A stretch of 63,368 nucleotides of DNA, counting the filler, from Aduncisulcus paluster (taxonomy: Eukaryota): assembly GCA_024181965.1 (NCBI GenBank). It is 6 parts of 6 records of this genome, joined end to end, with 100 filler letters (N's around TTAATTAATTAA, not from the genome) between each part and the next. Parts side by side here need not be neighbours in the genome. Positions count along the whole stretch, not along the records: positions 12,306 to 33,917 come from BQXS01009989.1; 5 more parts are not named here. One strand, given 5' to 3'. The notes below the pieces were generated by a model. It made no database searches. It was not told the DNA's origin and saw nothing but the letters and a program-made list of their open reading frames with translations. Below are positions 20,002 to 32,575 of this stretch, in pieces. The translations under genes were made by a program, and so were the position numbers. The number at the start of each line of letters is the position of its first letter. Positions within the stretch are counted from its first letter, which is position 1.

Positions 20002-22305
20002 TTATTTATGGTATTCAGAAAATCTCTCAGAGATCATACTCCTTTCACCCCTTTGTTTTTCGTATTGAGCCCGAGAATCTTCCATTTTAGCATCTTTGAA
20101 GAATGCAGATCTATTGTGAGCAAGATATTTGGTATTGGCAACCCTTACAATCTCATCAACTGTGGGACAAATATATCCTTCGCCCATCTCTGGGAGGAGA
20201 TCCTTGATTTTTTGCACTTCATCACAAGCTCTCTGAACATCCCAGCGTTCTTCAAACTGAACCTTAGTGAGATTATCACATACTGTACTCAAACAATCAT
20301 AGACAGGTTTGTACTTGCCATCTTCAATTTTGTTGAGCTTTCTGAAAAGACTTGATTGAGCTATCTTTGGGTTCATCCCACTAATATACATATCGTGGAG
20401 ACGATTCATATATTCCACAGAGTTGTTCAGAGCTGCAAGGGCAGGATGACCAGAAAATGGACTTTTACACAAAAATAATGCCAAAATACTCATCCCAAGG
20501 GCAAAGGCATCACCAAGCTGATGTGGAGGTTGTCCTTGAAGGCATTCTAAAGACATGTAATCGAATGTACCACAAATAATTACCTTCTCTTCTTCCTCTT
20601 TCTGTGAATCCGTCATTTCACGTCCATCTCTCTTTTCTTTTGCCGAAGCTGATGATTCGGAATCATCTTTCTTGGATTGTGAGGACGATATTGATTTCTT
20701 TGAAGCTGTGTCTTTAGATGAAAAAGTAACAGAATCTGATGAACGAACGGTTTCTTGGAGCTGAGTCATCCCAAGGTCTGCAAGAACAGTACAGCACTTG
20801 TTGGTTTCAGGATCAACACGAACAAGAAAGTTCTCTGGTTTAATGTCTCGATGAACAACCCTACATTTCTTAAATACATCAGCCAGACATTCAATCATAT
20901 CCACGGCAACAGAGCTGACTCTGACGGGATCTAAAGTCAAAGGGTCGAAATAATCGCTTTCCACACATTCATCAGATTGAGACCTTTCTCCATGACTCTC
21001 ATCATAGGAAGAATCCTCAAAGACAGGGACTTCTTCTTCTTCTTCTTGAGAATTGTCTTCGTAACTACTATTCTCGATCACAGAGGAATCACTCTTCAGA
21101 TCAGCAGATTTCTCTTCCACTTCGTCGCTATATTCATCTTTAACAGAAGGAAGAAGACACCATTTCCGCACAAAATTATTAATACAACCTCCGCGGCAAA
21201 ACTCCATACAGAATCCGAAAGAACCTTGATAGTATTCGTCCAATAAATCAACAATGTACGATGGACGGGGAATTCTTTGAGGAATTCTTTTGTAAAGTCT
21301 TTTCAACAGTCTAAATTCTTTGCGAAATTCACCAACAATCCCATGAGCAGCTTCTCTCAACAGCTGTTTAAGTACACAAGGATCCTCATGATCCTGAGTG
21401 ATCAGTGGATCGTCGATATCATTCATGTTGACCAAGGCAACAATCCCGAACCCTCCTTCCCCTATAATACATAGGGGTTCAATATTGTCACCATTGGTTA
21501 GTGTATATTGGTGTTTAGTGCGTTGCTCAACGGATTTTCGCCTCATTTTTGGTGGACCAGCTAGAGAAGAAGCAAGGGGTGAGGAATTCCTTGTTAACTT
21601 AAGGAAATTACGAAGGTCCATGCTTTTTTCAGAATGGCGAGGCCCAGAAGAAGTAGAAAGGCGTGAATGAGTCGACTCGCTTGGTAAAAAGTCCCTTAAA
21701 TCGTCAAACTCATCTGTAGAAGTGTCAAATGCTGAGTCAATTGATGACCTTAGATCTATACGGGAAGAAGAGGAGGATGAAGATAAAATGCTAGAACTTG
21801 TCGAATGAAAGAATTCCGTTGCTGAAATGAACCGAATCCCAGTCAATTCCACAACATTATCCGCACCCGTCGAGGAAGTACCTTGAATTATACATTTAAC
21901 AACGGAATCTCTCTCGATTTTCAACGAAAGCCATTCATATTCCCTGGTTGGAGGAGAAATAGAAAAAATAAATTCAACTTCATTTCCGGAAGCAGTAATG
22001 ATAGTAATATTCAAGGTTTTCGGGGCTGTAGTTTTCTTTACACAAATTTGAATGTGGTCAACATGACTTTCTTTGGTAAATGGGAGATGAAGATTTGTAA
22101 AAGATATTGGGTCGTAATCAACAAAGAAAGAATACAAAGAAGGGAGTCTTAAACCGGATTTTTCTCCATTAGCAACTGAGAGGTTAATTTTAATTACATT
22201 CGGGTCATCAATTCTGGTTGGAGGGGGATTTTCATCATCTTGAGAAGTACCAACACAAAGAGGTGGTCTACCCTCAGAAATAAATTCCGCATAACGAATA
22301 GTCAT
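20002..22305 (-). CDS. Ser/Thr protein kinase, tandem paralog of 17292-19481
   Basis: IGEGGFG, VLKQ, HRDIKPEN, ADLG, CGTFDYMSLE; shares the N-domain (PTxEYEW), FDPxTLxPV and LLPxxGEG motifs. Confidence 0.95.
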   Translation of the reverse strand: MTIRYAEFISEGRPPLCVGTSQDDENPPPTRIDDPNVIKINLSVANGEKSGLRLPSLYSFFVDYDPISFTNLHLPFTKESHVDHIQICVKKTTAPKTLNITIITASGNEVEFIFSISPPTREYEWLSLKIERDSVVKCIIQGTSSTGADNVVELTGIRFISATEFFHSTSSSILSSSSSSSRIDLRSSIDSAFDTSTDEFDDLRDFLPSESTHSRLSTSSGPRHSEKSMDLRNFLKLTRNSSPLASSLAGPPKMRRKSVEQRTKHQYTLTNGDNIEPLCIIGEGGFGIVALVNMNDIDDPLITQDHEDPCVLKQLLREAAHGIVGEFRKEFRLLKRLYKRIPQRIPRPSYIVDLLDEYYQGSFGFCMEFCRGGCINNFVRKWCLLPSVKDEYSDEVEEKSADLKSDSSVIENSSYEDNSQEEEEEVPVFEDSSYDESHGERSQSDECVESDYFDPLTLDPVRVSSVAVDMIECLADVFKKCRVVHRDIKPENFLVRVDPETNKCCTVLADLGMTQLQETVRSSDSVTFSSKDTASKKSISSSQSKKDDSESSASAKEKRDGREMTDSQKEEEEKVIICGTFDYMSLECLQGQPPHQLGDAFALGMSILALFLCKSPFSGHPALAALNNSVEYMNRLHDMYISGMNPKIAQSSLFRKLNKIEDGKYKPVYDCLSTVCDNLTKVQFEERWDVQRACDEVQKIKDLLPEMGEGYICPTVDEIVRVANTKYLAHNRSAFFKDAKMEDSRAQYEKQRGERSMISERFSEYHK

Positions 22306-22901
22306 ACCTATTAAACCAATTTCTTTGGAAATACAATAAAATTCGATTCAAATGAAGACATTTTTATCTCAATTTCATCCCCATACATACTCATTCCATC
22401 AAGCTTTCTAATTTAATAACTGATGCACTATCCTCAATATTTTTTGAAATTATTCTTGCCCTTCACTGTGCTGTTAGATCTAAATTATTTGGAGGCTTCA
22501 AAGGGGATTGACGGAGGAAAACACAATTTAATTGGTATAAAAATCTGCAAAAATCACAGAATAAAAAGAATTTAAGGTCAAAGTACCTCTTATGTCTATA
22601 ATTAATTTCTTAAAACATGAAAGTTCTGTATATTGATATTTGCACATTTTATCTCCAACAAAAGATGGATTTTAAGTTTTTAGAACCATGATTTTCTCTA
22701 AAATGAATTCTATAAGTATGTATTTTAATTGTACAATATATTATGGTGAATAGCATCTTTCCTGCTGTTCGTCACGATTAACATGCTGATAATGCTTCTA
22801 AAGTGGGCTAAAGATGATGAATAAAATCAAATAAATCATAACAACCTTGAGGAAATTTCTGGAATTATTCGGATTTTCATTTTGCAATTTTCTTGCTGCA
22901 C

Positions 22902-24854
22902 ATGAATAATCTTCATTATTCTTTCCTCATTTTATTTTTAATCATATTATGTGATTTTGTATCTTCTAATGATAGTTCTTTTAATATGTGGGCTGAAGCA
23001 TTTTTACCCCCGAGAAATAATTTATCTCCAGTCTTGGATATTTCATTGAATATTCCAATCCTCCAAAACTCTTATCGGTTTTTTAAAGATTTTTTCCAAA
23101 ATGATGATCATTTTTTATTTGGTTCATTTTCTTTCGATCCATGGAGACTTTGCTCAAAAGATGAACATTGTATGCTAACAACTGCAATAGCATCACTTAT
23201 TTCACTTGAAATTCTTTCGGAAACAGATTTTGAGTTCTTTTTTCAGAATTCAAATTCTGATCCTGATATTTTTCTGAATATGGGATCTTATGATGGGGCA
23301 TTATCTTGTCCTGCACCAGCATCCATTCAATTTATCCCATTCCGTGTGTCATCAATCCTCCACTTTTTCTATCTATGTGATATTAACTATTCTTCGTTTG
23401 CCCATTACCACAATCCAATTCATGGTAGTTCTCATATCCAAACAACCTCATTATTAATATCTAGGCTTCAACATTCAGCTCAGATTCTTGACAGTGGAAT
23501 TCCCATTCCGTCCCTTACTCGAGGTGACAAACTGATCCTTCTCATGAGTTCTGCTGGCCACGATATGAATCATCCAGGTCTTTCTCAAGCCTTTATCAGT
23601 TCATATCAGCATCCAATCACATTCACACATGGACCTATGAGCACCCTCGAGCTGCATCATTCACATCACACTCTTCGTGCAATGGAAGCTTCTGGAATGT
23701 TCAAGATTACAGATGACATGGATTTTGAAACGAGAAACTCCATTAAAATAGCAAGGAGTTTGGTTTCAAAAAGTATTTTCCGTAATATTCTTTCAACTGC
23801 CATGGATCAGAAATTCGATTTCCCATCACATGTCAAAAATTTTTCATCTTTTCTTTCTCACTTCCAAGAGGTTGAATTTTATTATCACGACAAACCATCA
23901 AAAAAAGACTCTTCAAACCGATTATTAAATCCCATTATTTTGTCCTCAATTTCTTCATTTCCAAGATGTGATGCTTTCAAAGCCATTTTGTATAAATCAG
24001 ATATGCTACACCTCTTTGGATGGGATAGTGGTGAAGATGAACAACACTCTAGTGATTATCCTCAAGCTCCTCTCCGTTTTGAACTCTTTGAACATGCTTT
24101 TTCATCGACATGTTCCGTTATTCCTTCAAAATTCACACCTCAACAACAAGAATACCAGAAACAGTCAACATGTTCAAATATATGGACTCAAATTGCAAAT
24201 GATACTCAAAGTTGTTTCAATCGCATTATTAACATTGATAAACACGGAGAGAACGACGAAATGACCAACGATATGATGAATCACCTTTTCGAAAATTGTT
24301 GGTCCACTTTTCAGGGACCAGCCATTGAGTTTGTTTCGACGATTATAATGAAGATTGCTGACATTGCTGGCCCTGCATCTGTGAGTGTCCTGATGAGTGT
24401 TCTTAATGGTATTGCCGTTCTAAACGAAGGAAGGGAAGAAGGGAAAGCTATGCTGTGGGCGGGTGAAGATATAAATAACATTGGAGTCGCAAGGATGCCT
24501 GCTAAATCGGATGACAAAATATCTAACGAAGAAAATCTCATAGAAATGAACAACAATTCAGGATCTAATAATTCTACGGTTGAATATTGTGAAATTATAC
24601 CTACAAAGAATTCTGAATCTGAAACCGTTATTCTCTCTGAAAATCCACAATATAACAACTCAGATAGCTGTATTTCAATTAGCAAAGAAGATTCTGATAT
24701 TTTAAATAGATTGGAATGCGGATTTATCGATTTTTTGGTTCTTCCTTTTGTCCAGAGTATATGTGAAAATATTCCATGGATTTTGCCGGAAGAGATTAAA
24801 GATATGAGCGATAAGGTGCAAATAGTTCGGGATGTATTTAAATCCTATCTATAA
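22902..24854 (+). CDS. Class I cyclic nucleotide phosphodiesterase with signal peptide or anchor
   Basis: YHNPIH, HDMNHPG, LELHH, MKIADI, GFIDFLVLP; hydrophobic N-terminus after ATG 22902. Confidence 0.85.
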   Translation: MNNLHYSFLILFLIILCDFVSSNDSSFNMWAEAFLPPRNNLSPVLDISLNIPILQNSYRFFKDFFQNDDHFLFGSFSFDPWRLCSKDEHCMLTTAIASLISLEILSETDFEFFFQNSNSDPDIFLNMGSYDGALSCPAPASIQFIPFRVSSILHFFYLCDINYSSFAHYHNPIHGSSHIQTTSLLISRLQHSAQILDSGIPIPSLTRGDKLILLMSSAGHDMNHPGLSQAFISSYQHPITFTHGPMSTLELHHSHHTLRAMEASGMFKITDDMDFETRNSIKIARSLVSKSIFRNILSTAMDQKFDFPSHVKNFSSFLSHFQEVEFYYHDKPSKKDSSNRLLNPIILSSISSFPRCDAFKAILYKSDMLHLFGWDSGEDEQHSSDYPQAPLRFELFEHAFSSTCSVIPSKFTPQQQEYQKQSTCSNIWTQIANDTQSCFNRIINIDKHGENDEMTNDMMNHLFENCWSTFQGPAIEFVSTIIMKIADIAGPASVSVLMSVLNGIAVLNEGREEGKAMLWAGEDINNIGVARMPAKSDDKISNEENLIEMNNNSGSNNSTVEYCEIIPTKNSESETVILSENPQYNNSDSCISISKEDSDILNRLECGFIDFLVLPFVQSICENIPWILPEEIKDMSDKVQIVRDVFKSYL

Positions 24855-26814
24855 TGCTGACAATAGGCTCAAACCCTAAATAATATCATTCTGGATGATA
24901 AATAACATCTAAAATGAAAATTATTGCATCTCGTGACATTAAATGATATTTTTTTGGAGGTATGTGCCAGTGAATTATTCATAACACCGTCAATCTCGGC
25001 CACAGTCATCGATGGCAAATGTTTCCTTATTCTAGGTGGGAAAACCAGCTCAGAGTATGTTCTTTTCAGTATATCTTTTCTATATTTACAATTATAAACT
25101 TAGATTCATCAATAATAATTATAGAATACTTATATTTTCCCCAGAACCTGTTTTTTCCGTCCAATCGAGATACAATGTTCCTTACACTCCAAGAATACAT
25201 ATTTTTTTAAAAAAAATAAAGAATAATTTCAAAGAAAGTTAGTTTGGATCTGTGGGCAGTTGTAGCAATTTTCAAATTTTTACGAAAATCAATTTCCTGA
25301 CGATTGGTTATTTCATTTTCTTTAAAAATCTTTAATCTCTTTTACAAAAGATATTTTGCCAAGTAATATTATCCAAATATGCGACAATACCGTTGAGATG
25401 GCGTTTGAAGTTGAAATGTTGCTCAAGTTAGTTTTCTCAATTGTAACGTTTTTATAAATATTGGTCATAAGTTTTAAAACATATGTGTATATTTTGGTAA
25501 TATTTTTCTTTCTAAAATCGTAATTCATTTCTGCTTTATGAAATTCTGAAATTGTTATTCCTGAACCATCAATATTGAATTCAATGGAATATTGCAAATA
25601 TTGGCAATGTATATTCATAGTTATCTTTTTTACAAACGAAAGAATATTTTTATTTTCTCAAAATTTCTCCAAGTGAAAAAAGGTGTAATTGTTCGACGAA
25701 TCAGTAATTAATTAAAACCATACTGAATAACTATATACTGTACAATAATTAATTAATTCCATTTTTAATGTTAGATTTTTGCAGAATATAAAAGTATATT
25801 GAACATCCTCCGAATAGTAGTACTGGATGCTGGTGCTCTGTCTGAATCTTTCATCTTTTGAGATTGCCATCGATTGTTTAAGGTCTTGGAGAAAACAAGA
25901 AGAAGGAATAAGAAGTTAAGGGAAAAGAAAGGCAGAAAAGACCTGAAGAAACACTTGTTATATCACAGAATTGTTCAATATAGATATTAAAACTATTGTA
26001 AACCATGTAAAGAGGATTTTCGGAGAATAGGGAAAGGAAACAACAAAAAAGAAAACGTAAAAAAAGCTAACAAAATGAAAAGAAAAAACTAAAGCCTATA
26101 TTTTTAAGGTTTCAAACCATCAATTTAATGTGAACATTATCATCAATAGGTAAAGCAAAAGAAGAAAAAAGAGAAGAGAGGAAACAACAAACTTAATCAT
26201 CAAAAGATAAAAACTGAGAACTTGCGCTTACAAAAAGCAAAAAGCAAAAAAAAAAAAAAAAAATCGACGAAACAGGTTTGAATACTCATTAAATGGCGAA
26301 ATAGTATTCATTTTTGGTTGAAATAATTGAAATCAAAGATTATTCCAATTTTGATGTCAATTCTTTGTGTGAGATATGTGAGAAAACAGGAATGTCGGAG
26401 GGAATTATCATAAATATGGCACAAATTGTGACAAAAATTAGAATTTCCCACCTCAATATTTATACATTTGTATATTTTATATATATTTGTGTTGTTGACA
26501 ATTAATATTATTATTCATGTACAGGTTAGCAATAACAAAGTCATGAAATTATGGAACCAATATATTTTTGGAAAGAGGAAAGAAAAGGGCAAGAAAAAGG
26601 AGTAGACAGGTAGGTATATGTGTAACCAAGATCACCAGGCAAAAAATGGAAAAAAGGAAAAGGAAGGGGAGAGGAAAAGCAATTCAAATAGAAAGAAAAA
26701 AGAAAAGAAAAAACGGAAATACAATCATAATATACTACAATCATAATATTTTTTAACAGATTCAATGGCAATAATCTTATATGAAATATAACTGTTTCAA
26801 ACAAATATTTAAGT

Positions 26815-29318
26815 TCACTTGTCGACACCATCACCATCACCACGTCTCTCCATACCGGATCTATTTATAGAAATATTTTTCGCTCCTTCTTCAGGATGAG
26901 AAGATGGAACAGTGATACTGCATAAATCAGCGTGGATATCTTCAATTGCAAGATCATCGCTAGGATCTAAAGGAAATATCGTCGAAATCATTGGAAGCCT
27001 ATCGTGTTGATCTGGAGGCTGCTGCTGACCACTTCTGGCCGATACTTCTGCAGAGCTTGGCGCTATCGTGGATATTCGTCCACTCCGATGATCTGATTGG
27101 TAAGACGTTGAAGATCTAGCAGTAGAAAAGAGAGAAGAGTATGAGGAATCACTGGACGTTATGGATTGTTGTTGTCTCTGATGCTGATGCTGTTCATCCT
27201 CCTCCTTGAGAACATGGGCCACCCTGCTCAATATGGGAATAGCTGTGTTTTCTTGGATGGAATAAGGTCCTACACTCCCCTGTGACGATGTTGAAGAAGA
27301 GGTTCCATGGCTCGAATGCGAGGAAGAGTGGAACTCGAATGGAGGGAGTCTGGCTTGAATGTCAGAATGCTCACTCGAATGAGATTCTCTGGGAGGAGTG
27401 ACCCTCGATGGACCGGGCTGAGATTTGTGGTGAGTGGATGAGGAAGAGGATGAAGACCGGAGGAGATCATGCGAGTGTGTATACTCCTGACTTTTTCGCT
27501 CGGTTGTCTGGAATAATCTTTGATCAAAACCAGATGAATAACCATATTGAGGAACTCCAGCGGGCAGTGATTGAGTTTCTTGCAGTAAGGGATAGCTGTG
27601 ATGATGATGAGGGTGACGAAGAGGTATTAATGGCTGAATTGAAGGGGGAGCAGTCGAAATATGGGCCGATGTCTCTGATCCTTGGCCTCTAAAACGTTCC
27701 ATCTCCTTTCGAGAGTACTGATGANNNNNNNNNNNNNNNNNNNNTGGAATAATCTTTGATCAAAACCAGATGAATAACCATATTGAGGAACTCCAGCGGG
27801 CAGTGATTGAGTTTCTTGCAGTAAGGGATAGCTGTGATGATGATGAGGGTGACGAAGAGGTATTAATGGCTGAATTGAAGGGGGAGCAGTCGAAATATGG
27901 GCCGATGTCTCTGATCCTTGGCCTCTAAAACGTTCCATCTCCTTTCGAGAGTACTGATGATAGCCAGAAGCGATAATATGGCCAGTTGACGAAGATTCAC
28001 TCATGTGTGGATAATATGGATAACTAGAGTGGTGATATCTGGAGTATTCTTGCTCTGGATGGAGATCAAATCCTTGGGATGAGTCAGACGCACGATCGTA
28101 TTGCGATGAGGGTTGATTATGTCTGTGATCATGCTGAGAATAGCTGCCATGTGGTTCAATATCGATGGGAGACTCAAAGAAGGGAGTCGGGTGGTGATGA
28201 GGACGATCAGAGCTTGATGCCGAAGGATGAGATTGAACCATAGAGTCAACGGTGAAGGAAGAGACCCTAGGGTTGATTGATCTCATCTGGCTTGACGCAT
28301 GTGGAGGGATTTGATGGGACTGTGACATTGAATGTTGGTATTGAGTGAACTGACTTCCATCAAATACCGTGCAATACGAAGAAGGAGTTCCATCTGTTGA
28401 TCCGGGTGGTCTTTGGACTGGCATTGAAAAGAATGAACTATCTGGATATGTTTGTTCATGAAGAGGGTATCTGCCGAATCTGGAGGTATACCGGAAAGCT
28501 GATTGGGGAAGACCTGGGTGGAAACTTGGTTGGAAAGTGCCAAGAGCGGGATTAAAAGTGCCTGGAATCACTCTACTGGTTGAAAAATCATCCACCATCG
28601 GACGTAGTGGATTGATTTCTTCCAGGGGAGACAGCCCTTGTGTCACAGGTGGCATGGAATGTGGTGTGGTTGAACTTTCGCCATAAGGGTGAAGATCTCT
28701 GGCCCTTACGTGATCTGACCTTTGATATCGTGCTCCTTTTCGGCCCCCAGATCCCCAACCATCTTCATCTCGTTTGGCTACAGCCCTCCACATGGTACGA
28801 ATATCTTCTTCAGAAAGAAATCCAATGATGAGGCTATATGGATTTTCATCACTTGCATCGTCAGCTTTGACAATGAAATAATGTTTTTTTAACTCAGTTG
28901 CGACTTGTCTAAGGGTTTCACACCGGTATGGAAACCGGTGAGCCTGAAGAAAAGTGGAATTCATGCGACTCGTGGATAAAAAGAATTTTTCATGGTACTT
29001 TGCTTTTAAAATTGCGTGAATATCAGTGAAAATAGAGGTATCTAGACAGGATCTCTCTTCGTTAGATAGGTGGATGAAATTTAGCTGAACGACGTATAAA
29101 AAGTTCTTTTCAGTCCCATCTAATGGATTTGATTGTGGATGGTATTCACAATTGGGTAAATTGTAGGATTTAACAGTATTTTTAATATGATAGAGACGAT
29201 TTGATTGGAAAATCTCTTTTTCCTCTTTCAATTTCTTTTTGGCTTCCTTATCGAGTGGGACAGGTGTTGAATAAGGCAATGAATAAAGAAAACTGTAATA
29301 ATGACTGAATTTTCCCAT
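26815..29318 (-). CDS. Hypothetical protein: globular N-domain plus long S/H/Q/P-rich disordered tail (one gene split by a gap)
   Basis: Collapsing the 236-nt gap overlap puts ORFs 27627-29342 and 26815-27702 in one frame (about 755 aa). Confidence 0.75.
27509..27960. other. 20-N gap with duplicated overlap
   Basis: 27509-27724 is repeated at 27745-27960. Confidence 0.9.
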
Positions 29319-29995
29319 TGATTCGACAAGCAGAGACTTCAAAATATTATGATGAATATACAGTAAATTGTATTTTTTTTAGAAAGAATAATGCTTTTTT
29401 TAAGAAATTCCAATATTTATAGGATCTAGAATAAGCTATTGTATCCAAAATAACACAAATCTCCTTCGATCCACAACCTCCCCTTTTTCCTCGAAACCCA
29501 AAAAACTCCTCAGATTCCTCGTATCATTATTCCTCAGCATAACTGTTATTTCAATATTAGAATCTGACAATTATTTTGATTCTCTCTTTCCCAGTTGACA
29601 AGTAATTTATAATTTNNNNNNNNNNNNNNNNNNNNTGGGACAGGTGTTGAATAAGGCAATGAATAAAGAAAACTGTAATAATGACTGAATTTTCCCATTG
29701 ATTCGACAAGCAGAGACTTCAAAATATTATGATTAATATACAGTAAATTGTATTTTTTTTAGAAAGAATAATGCTTTTTTTAAGAAATTCCAATATTTAT
29801 AGGATCTAGAATAAGCTATTGTATCCAAAATAACACAAATCTCCTTCGATCCACAACCTCCCCTTTTTCCTCGAAACCCAAAAAACTCCTCAGATTCCTC
29901 GTATCATTATTCCTCAGCATAACTGTTATTTCAATATTAGAATCTGACAATTATTTTGATTCTCTCTTTCCCAGTTGACAAGTAATTTATAATTT
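29256..29995. other. 20-N gap with duplicated overlap
   Basis: 29256-29615 is repeated at 29636-29995; one difference seen (GATGAAT vs GATTAAT). Confidence 0.9.
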
Positions 29996-30515
29996 TATGG
30001 CAAATCGTAATTTCATTCTTGTATAAAGGTTAAAAGGAATTTTTATTGCTGTAATTTGTTATAATTTCATAAATTTATCTTTTATTTGCTCTTATATTGG
30101 AATCCTTTTGTTTATTTTAATGATTTCGAATGAATTTGTCTTGGAGAGCAGGGATTATACCCAATTGACAATTATTGCAGGTTTTCATAAATAATATTCA
30201 TGCAAAATAATATTTTCACCAATCGTATATTTTGCCTATTTCCCCAATTTGTTCCTCATTTTCTACCAACTGAGTACGCTTCAAAGTAATTGTATATACA
30301 GTCTATTCGACTTTTAACATAAAAAAACATTGTTTATTATCAAATATTTTGGAAAAGAAACAACTGGAAATACCTTAGCCCAAGAGATATTCTGATGTCC
30401 CCAAAATCATAGAATTATTCGGAAAATCCCCTAATATATCAGAGGAGAATGAGATTCTTGGGAAATAATAAATTGATACAGTGTTTTCACTTCAAACAAT
30501 AATGAATTTCAGCCT

Positions 30516-32348
30516 CTAGAACATTTCATACCAAGAAAATCCTAAAATACGCCCTCTTTCCATTCTATCCCTAAGCCGAGCAAGCTCCAACAAGCGAGTC
30601 CTTGACCTGTACCTTTCCAAGCTATTCAAAGCCTCCTTAGTGCCCTCGTAATAGTCTTTAAACCTCGTCTGAAGCTGTTCCTCGAGCATTTCAAGTTTCC
30701 CAAGCCTCAAGTCATGGGTGGAGGTCAGCAGACCAGTGACTGTTGATTTATCCTTGACGATAGCCCTTGCATCGCTTGTGAGACTGTCGGCAGCCCCAGG
30801 ATCTGATTGGACCTTATCAAGGATCTCGAGGCCCACCGATACAGACTTGTCGTGTAGTGATGTCTCCTGTTCACGTGCATTCTGGAAAAAAGTCTGTGTT
30901 ACCTCTATACACTGGTTGTAGGTCTCCACCATCAAATCATCGAAGGTCTTGGAGATCCCTGCAAGAGTGTGAGAGAGATTGGCCTCTTCTTCCATCAGTG
31001 CATCACAGAGCACGGTGTAGTTGGATGGTGAGTCCGAGGAGAGAGCAGGGGGATCTGGAGCAGCTTTTCCACCAACCTTAAGAGCCTCAATACTGGCCAC
31101 AAGAGGGGTTGGAGGCAGGAAAGCCTTAGCCGTTGAGAGAGGAGCGTCAAATGGATGTCTGAACACAGGATTCTTGGCTATACATATTTTATCAAGGTAT
31201 TCCATGGCTTCTTCTTCTTCCATGATCTCGCATTCAACCTCTTCCCACAATTCCGAGACTTGAGCTCCCTCAGAAGGGGAGATACGGGGAGCAACTGAAC
31301 AACGGTGCTCCTCTCGACGGTTTTCAAAGAAACGATCTAATAATAGAACACAAAATTTCTCAGATTCCTGAATTTTCTTCTTTCTATCGAGGTCGCATTG
31401 ACCAACGAAGACTCTCATTTTCTCACATAATATCTGAAGATTATCTCTAAAAGAAGCTGCGTTCGCGTTCATTATTCCGCTATACTCATCGATAAGGTTA
31501 CTGACATCGTGGAGACTCTGCGATTTAATCGTATCACTATCAGAGAACAAGGTGAGTGAAAAAAGATTGGTGATATCGGTCAAAGAAAGTAATGGGGACG
31601 GGGGAGGAAGAGGTATGGATGACGAAGCGCCACTCATTCCAACAGAAGACGTCGCAGTTGAAGTTATAGCAGTCCCAGACTCATCAGTAACATCAGCACC
31701 AACAACACCTTCCTCTTTGTCGTCTTCACGCTCTTTCTCGGCAGCTTCCATTAATTCATCACGATATTGATCATACGCACGCTTTTTTTTCTCCTCGGTG
31801 ACGATCCTATAATCCAATTTCTTCAAAAATGAGAGGTGAGCGATAACATATGTGTTGAAGTCAGTCGATTTACAAACAGGATTATGATGGACCGTAAGAA
31901 CACGCAATTGCTTCAAAGACCTCAAGGAAGTAAATTGTTCAGCTTCTTCTATCGAATTATTTGACAAGGATAAGATCTGTAAGGATTTTAGATCTGAAAG
32001 ACCAGATAAGTGCTTAATTTGATTATAAGCAAGGGATAAATCCTTAAGTTTTTTCAAATGAAAGAGATTTTCGATAGCTTTAATCTTATTGAAGGATAAA
32101 TCGAGAAATTCAAGATTAACACACATTTCAAGACCTTTAATGCTTTCAATTTTGTTATTATCCAAATGCAAAGACCGTAATGAAACAAAATCAGTTAAAT
32201 TGGATATTTCAACAAGATTACAAAAGGAGAAACGAATTTTTTCAATTTTAAAATAATTATAGGGTTCTACTCTGATATCATCTTTTTCAAGACTTTCCTT
32301 GATAACTTTTTGATCAATAATAGATATTTTAGGTGTAAGTTGTGGCAT
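30516..32348 (-). CDS. DRC3: Dynein regulatory complex subunit 3 (LRRC48)-like
   Basis: SDS22-type LRRs (LHLDNNKIESIKGL..LEFLDLSFNKI), LRR cap NPVC...YVIAHL..L..LDYR, and coiled-coil C-terminus with THDLRLGKLE and RSRTRLLEL. Confidence 0.85.
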   Translation of the reverse strand: MPQLTPKISIIDQKVIKESLEKDDIRVEPYNYFKIEKIRFSFCNLVEISNLTDFVSLRSLHLDNNKIESIKGLEMCVNLEFLDLSFNKIKAIENLFHLKKLKDLSLAYNQIKHLSGLSDLKSLQILSLSNNSIEEAEQFTSLRSLKQLRVLTVHHNPVCKSTDFNTYVIAHLSFLKKLDYRIVTEEKKKRAYDQYRDELMEAAEKEREDDKEEGVVGADVTDESGTAITSTATSSVGMSGASSSIPLPPPSPLLSLTDITNLFSLTLFSDSDTIKSQSLHDVSNLIDEYSGIMNANAASFRDNLQILCEKMRVFVGQCDLDRKKKIQESEKFCVLLLDRFFENRREEHRCSVAPRISPSEGAQVSELWEEVECEIMEEEEAMEYLDKICIAKNPVFRHPFDAPLSTAKAFLPPTPLVASIEALKVGGKAAPDPPALSSDSPSNYTVLCDALMEEEANLSHTLAGISKTFDDLMVETYNQCIEVTQTFFQNAREQETSLHDKSVSVGLEILDKVQSDPGAADSLTSDARAIVKDKSTVTGLLTSTHDLRLGKLEMLEEQLQTRFKDYYEGTKEALNSLERYRSRTRLLELARLRDRMERGRILGFSWYEMF

Positions 32349-32575
32349 CTTTCTCGACAAAGGGAAGATTTTGAACGAAAATCAAGAAACAACCCAGCGG
32401 TATTATTATCCATAGTAAATCAATATATTTCGATACATAATTCAATCCAAAAATTAGATTTGATGACTATAATTTGCATATACACTGTGAACCAATCGCA
32501 AGATTTTTTTTGGCTTTTCCTGAACATACACATCTCAGAAGAAAGCGTGGATACTTCTTCTGGGCATTTAAGATC

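Noticed and set aside
25019-26843. Short ORFs in the AT-rich stretch after the PDE
   Set aside because: No recognisable motifs; may be decayed fragments but cannot be supported.
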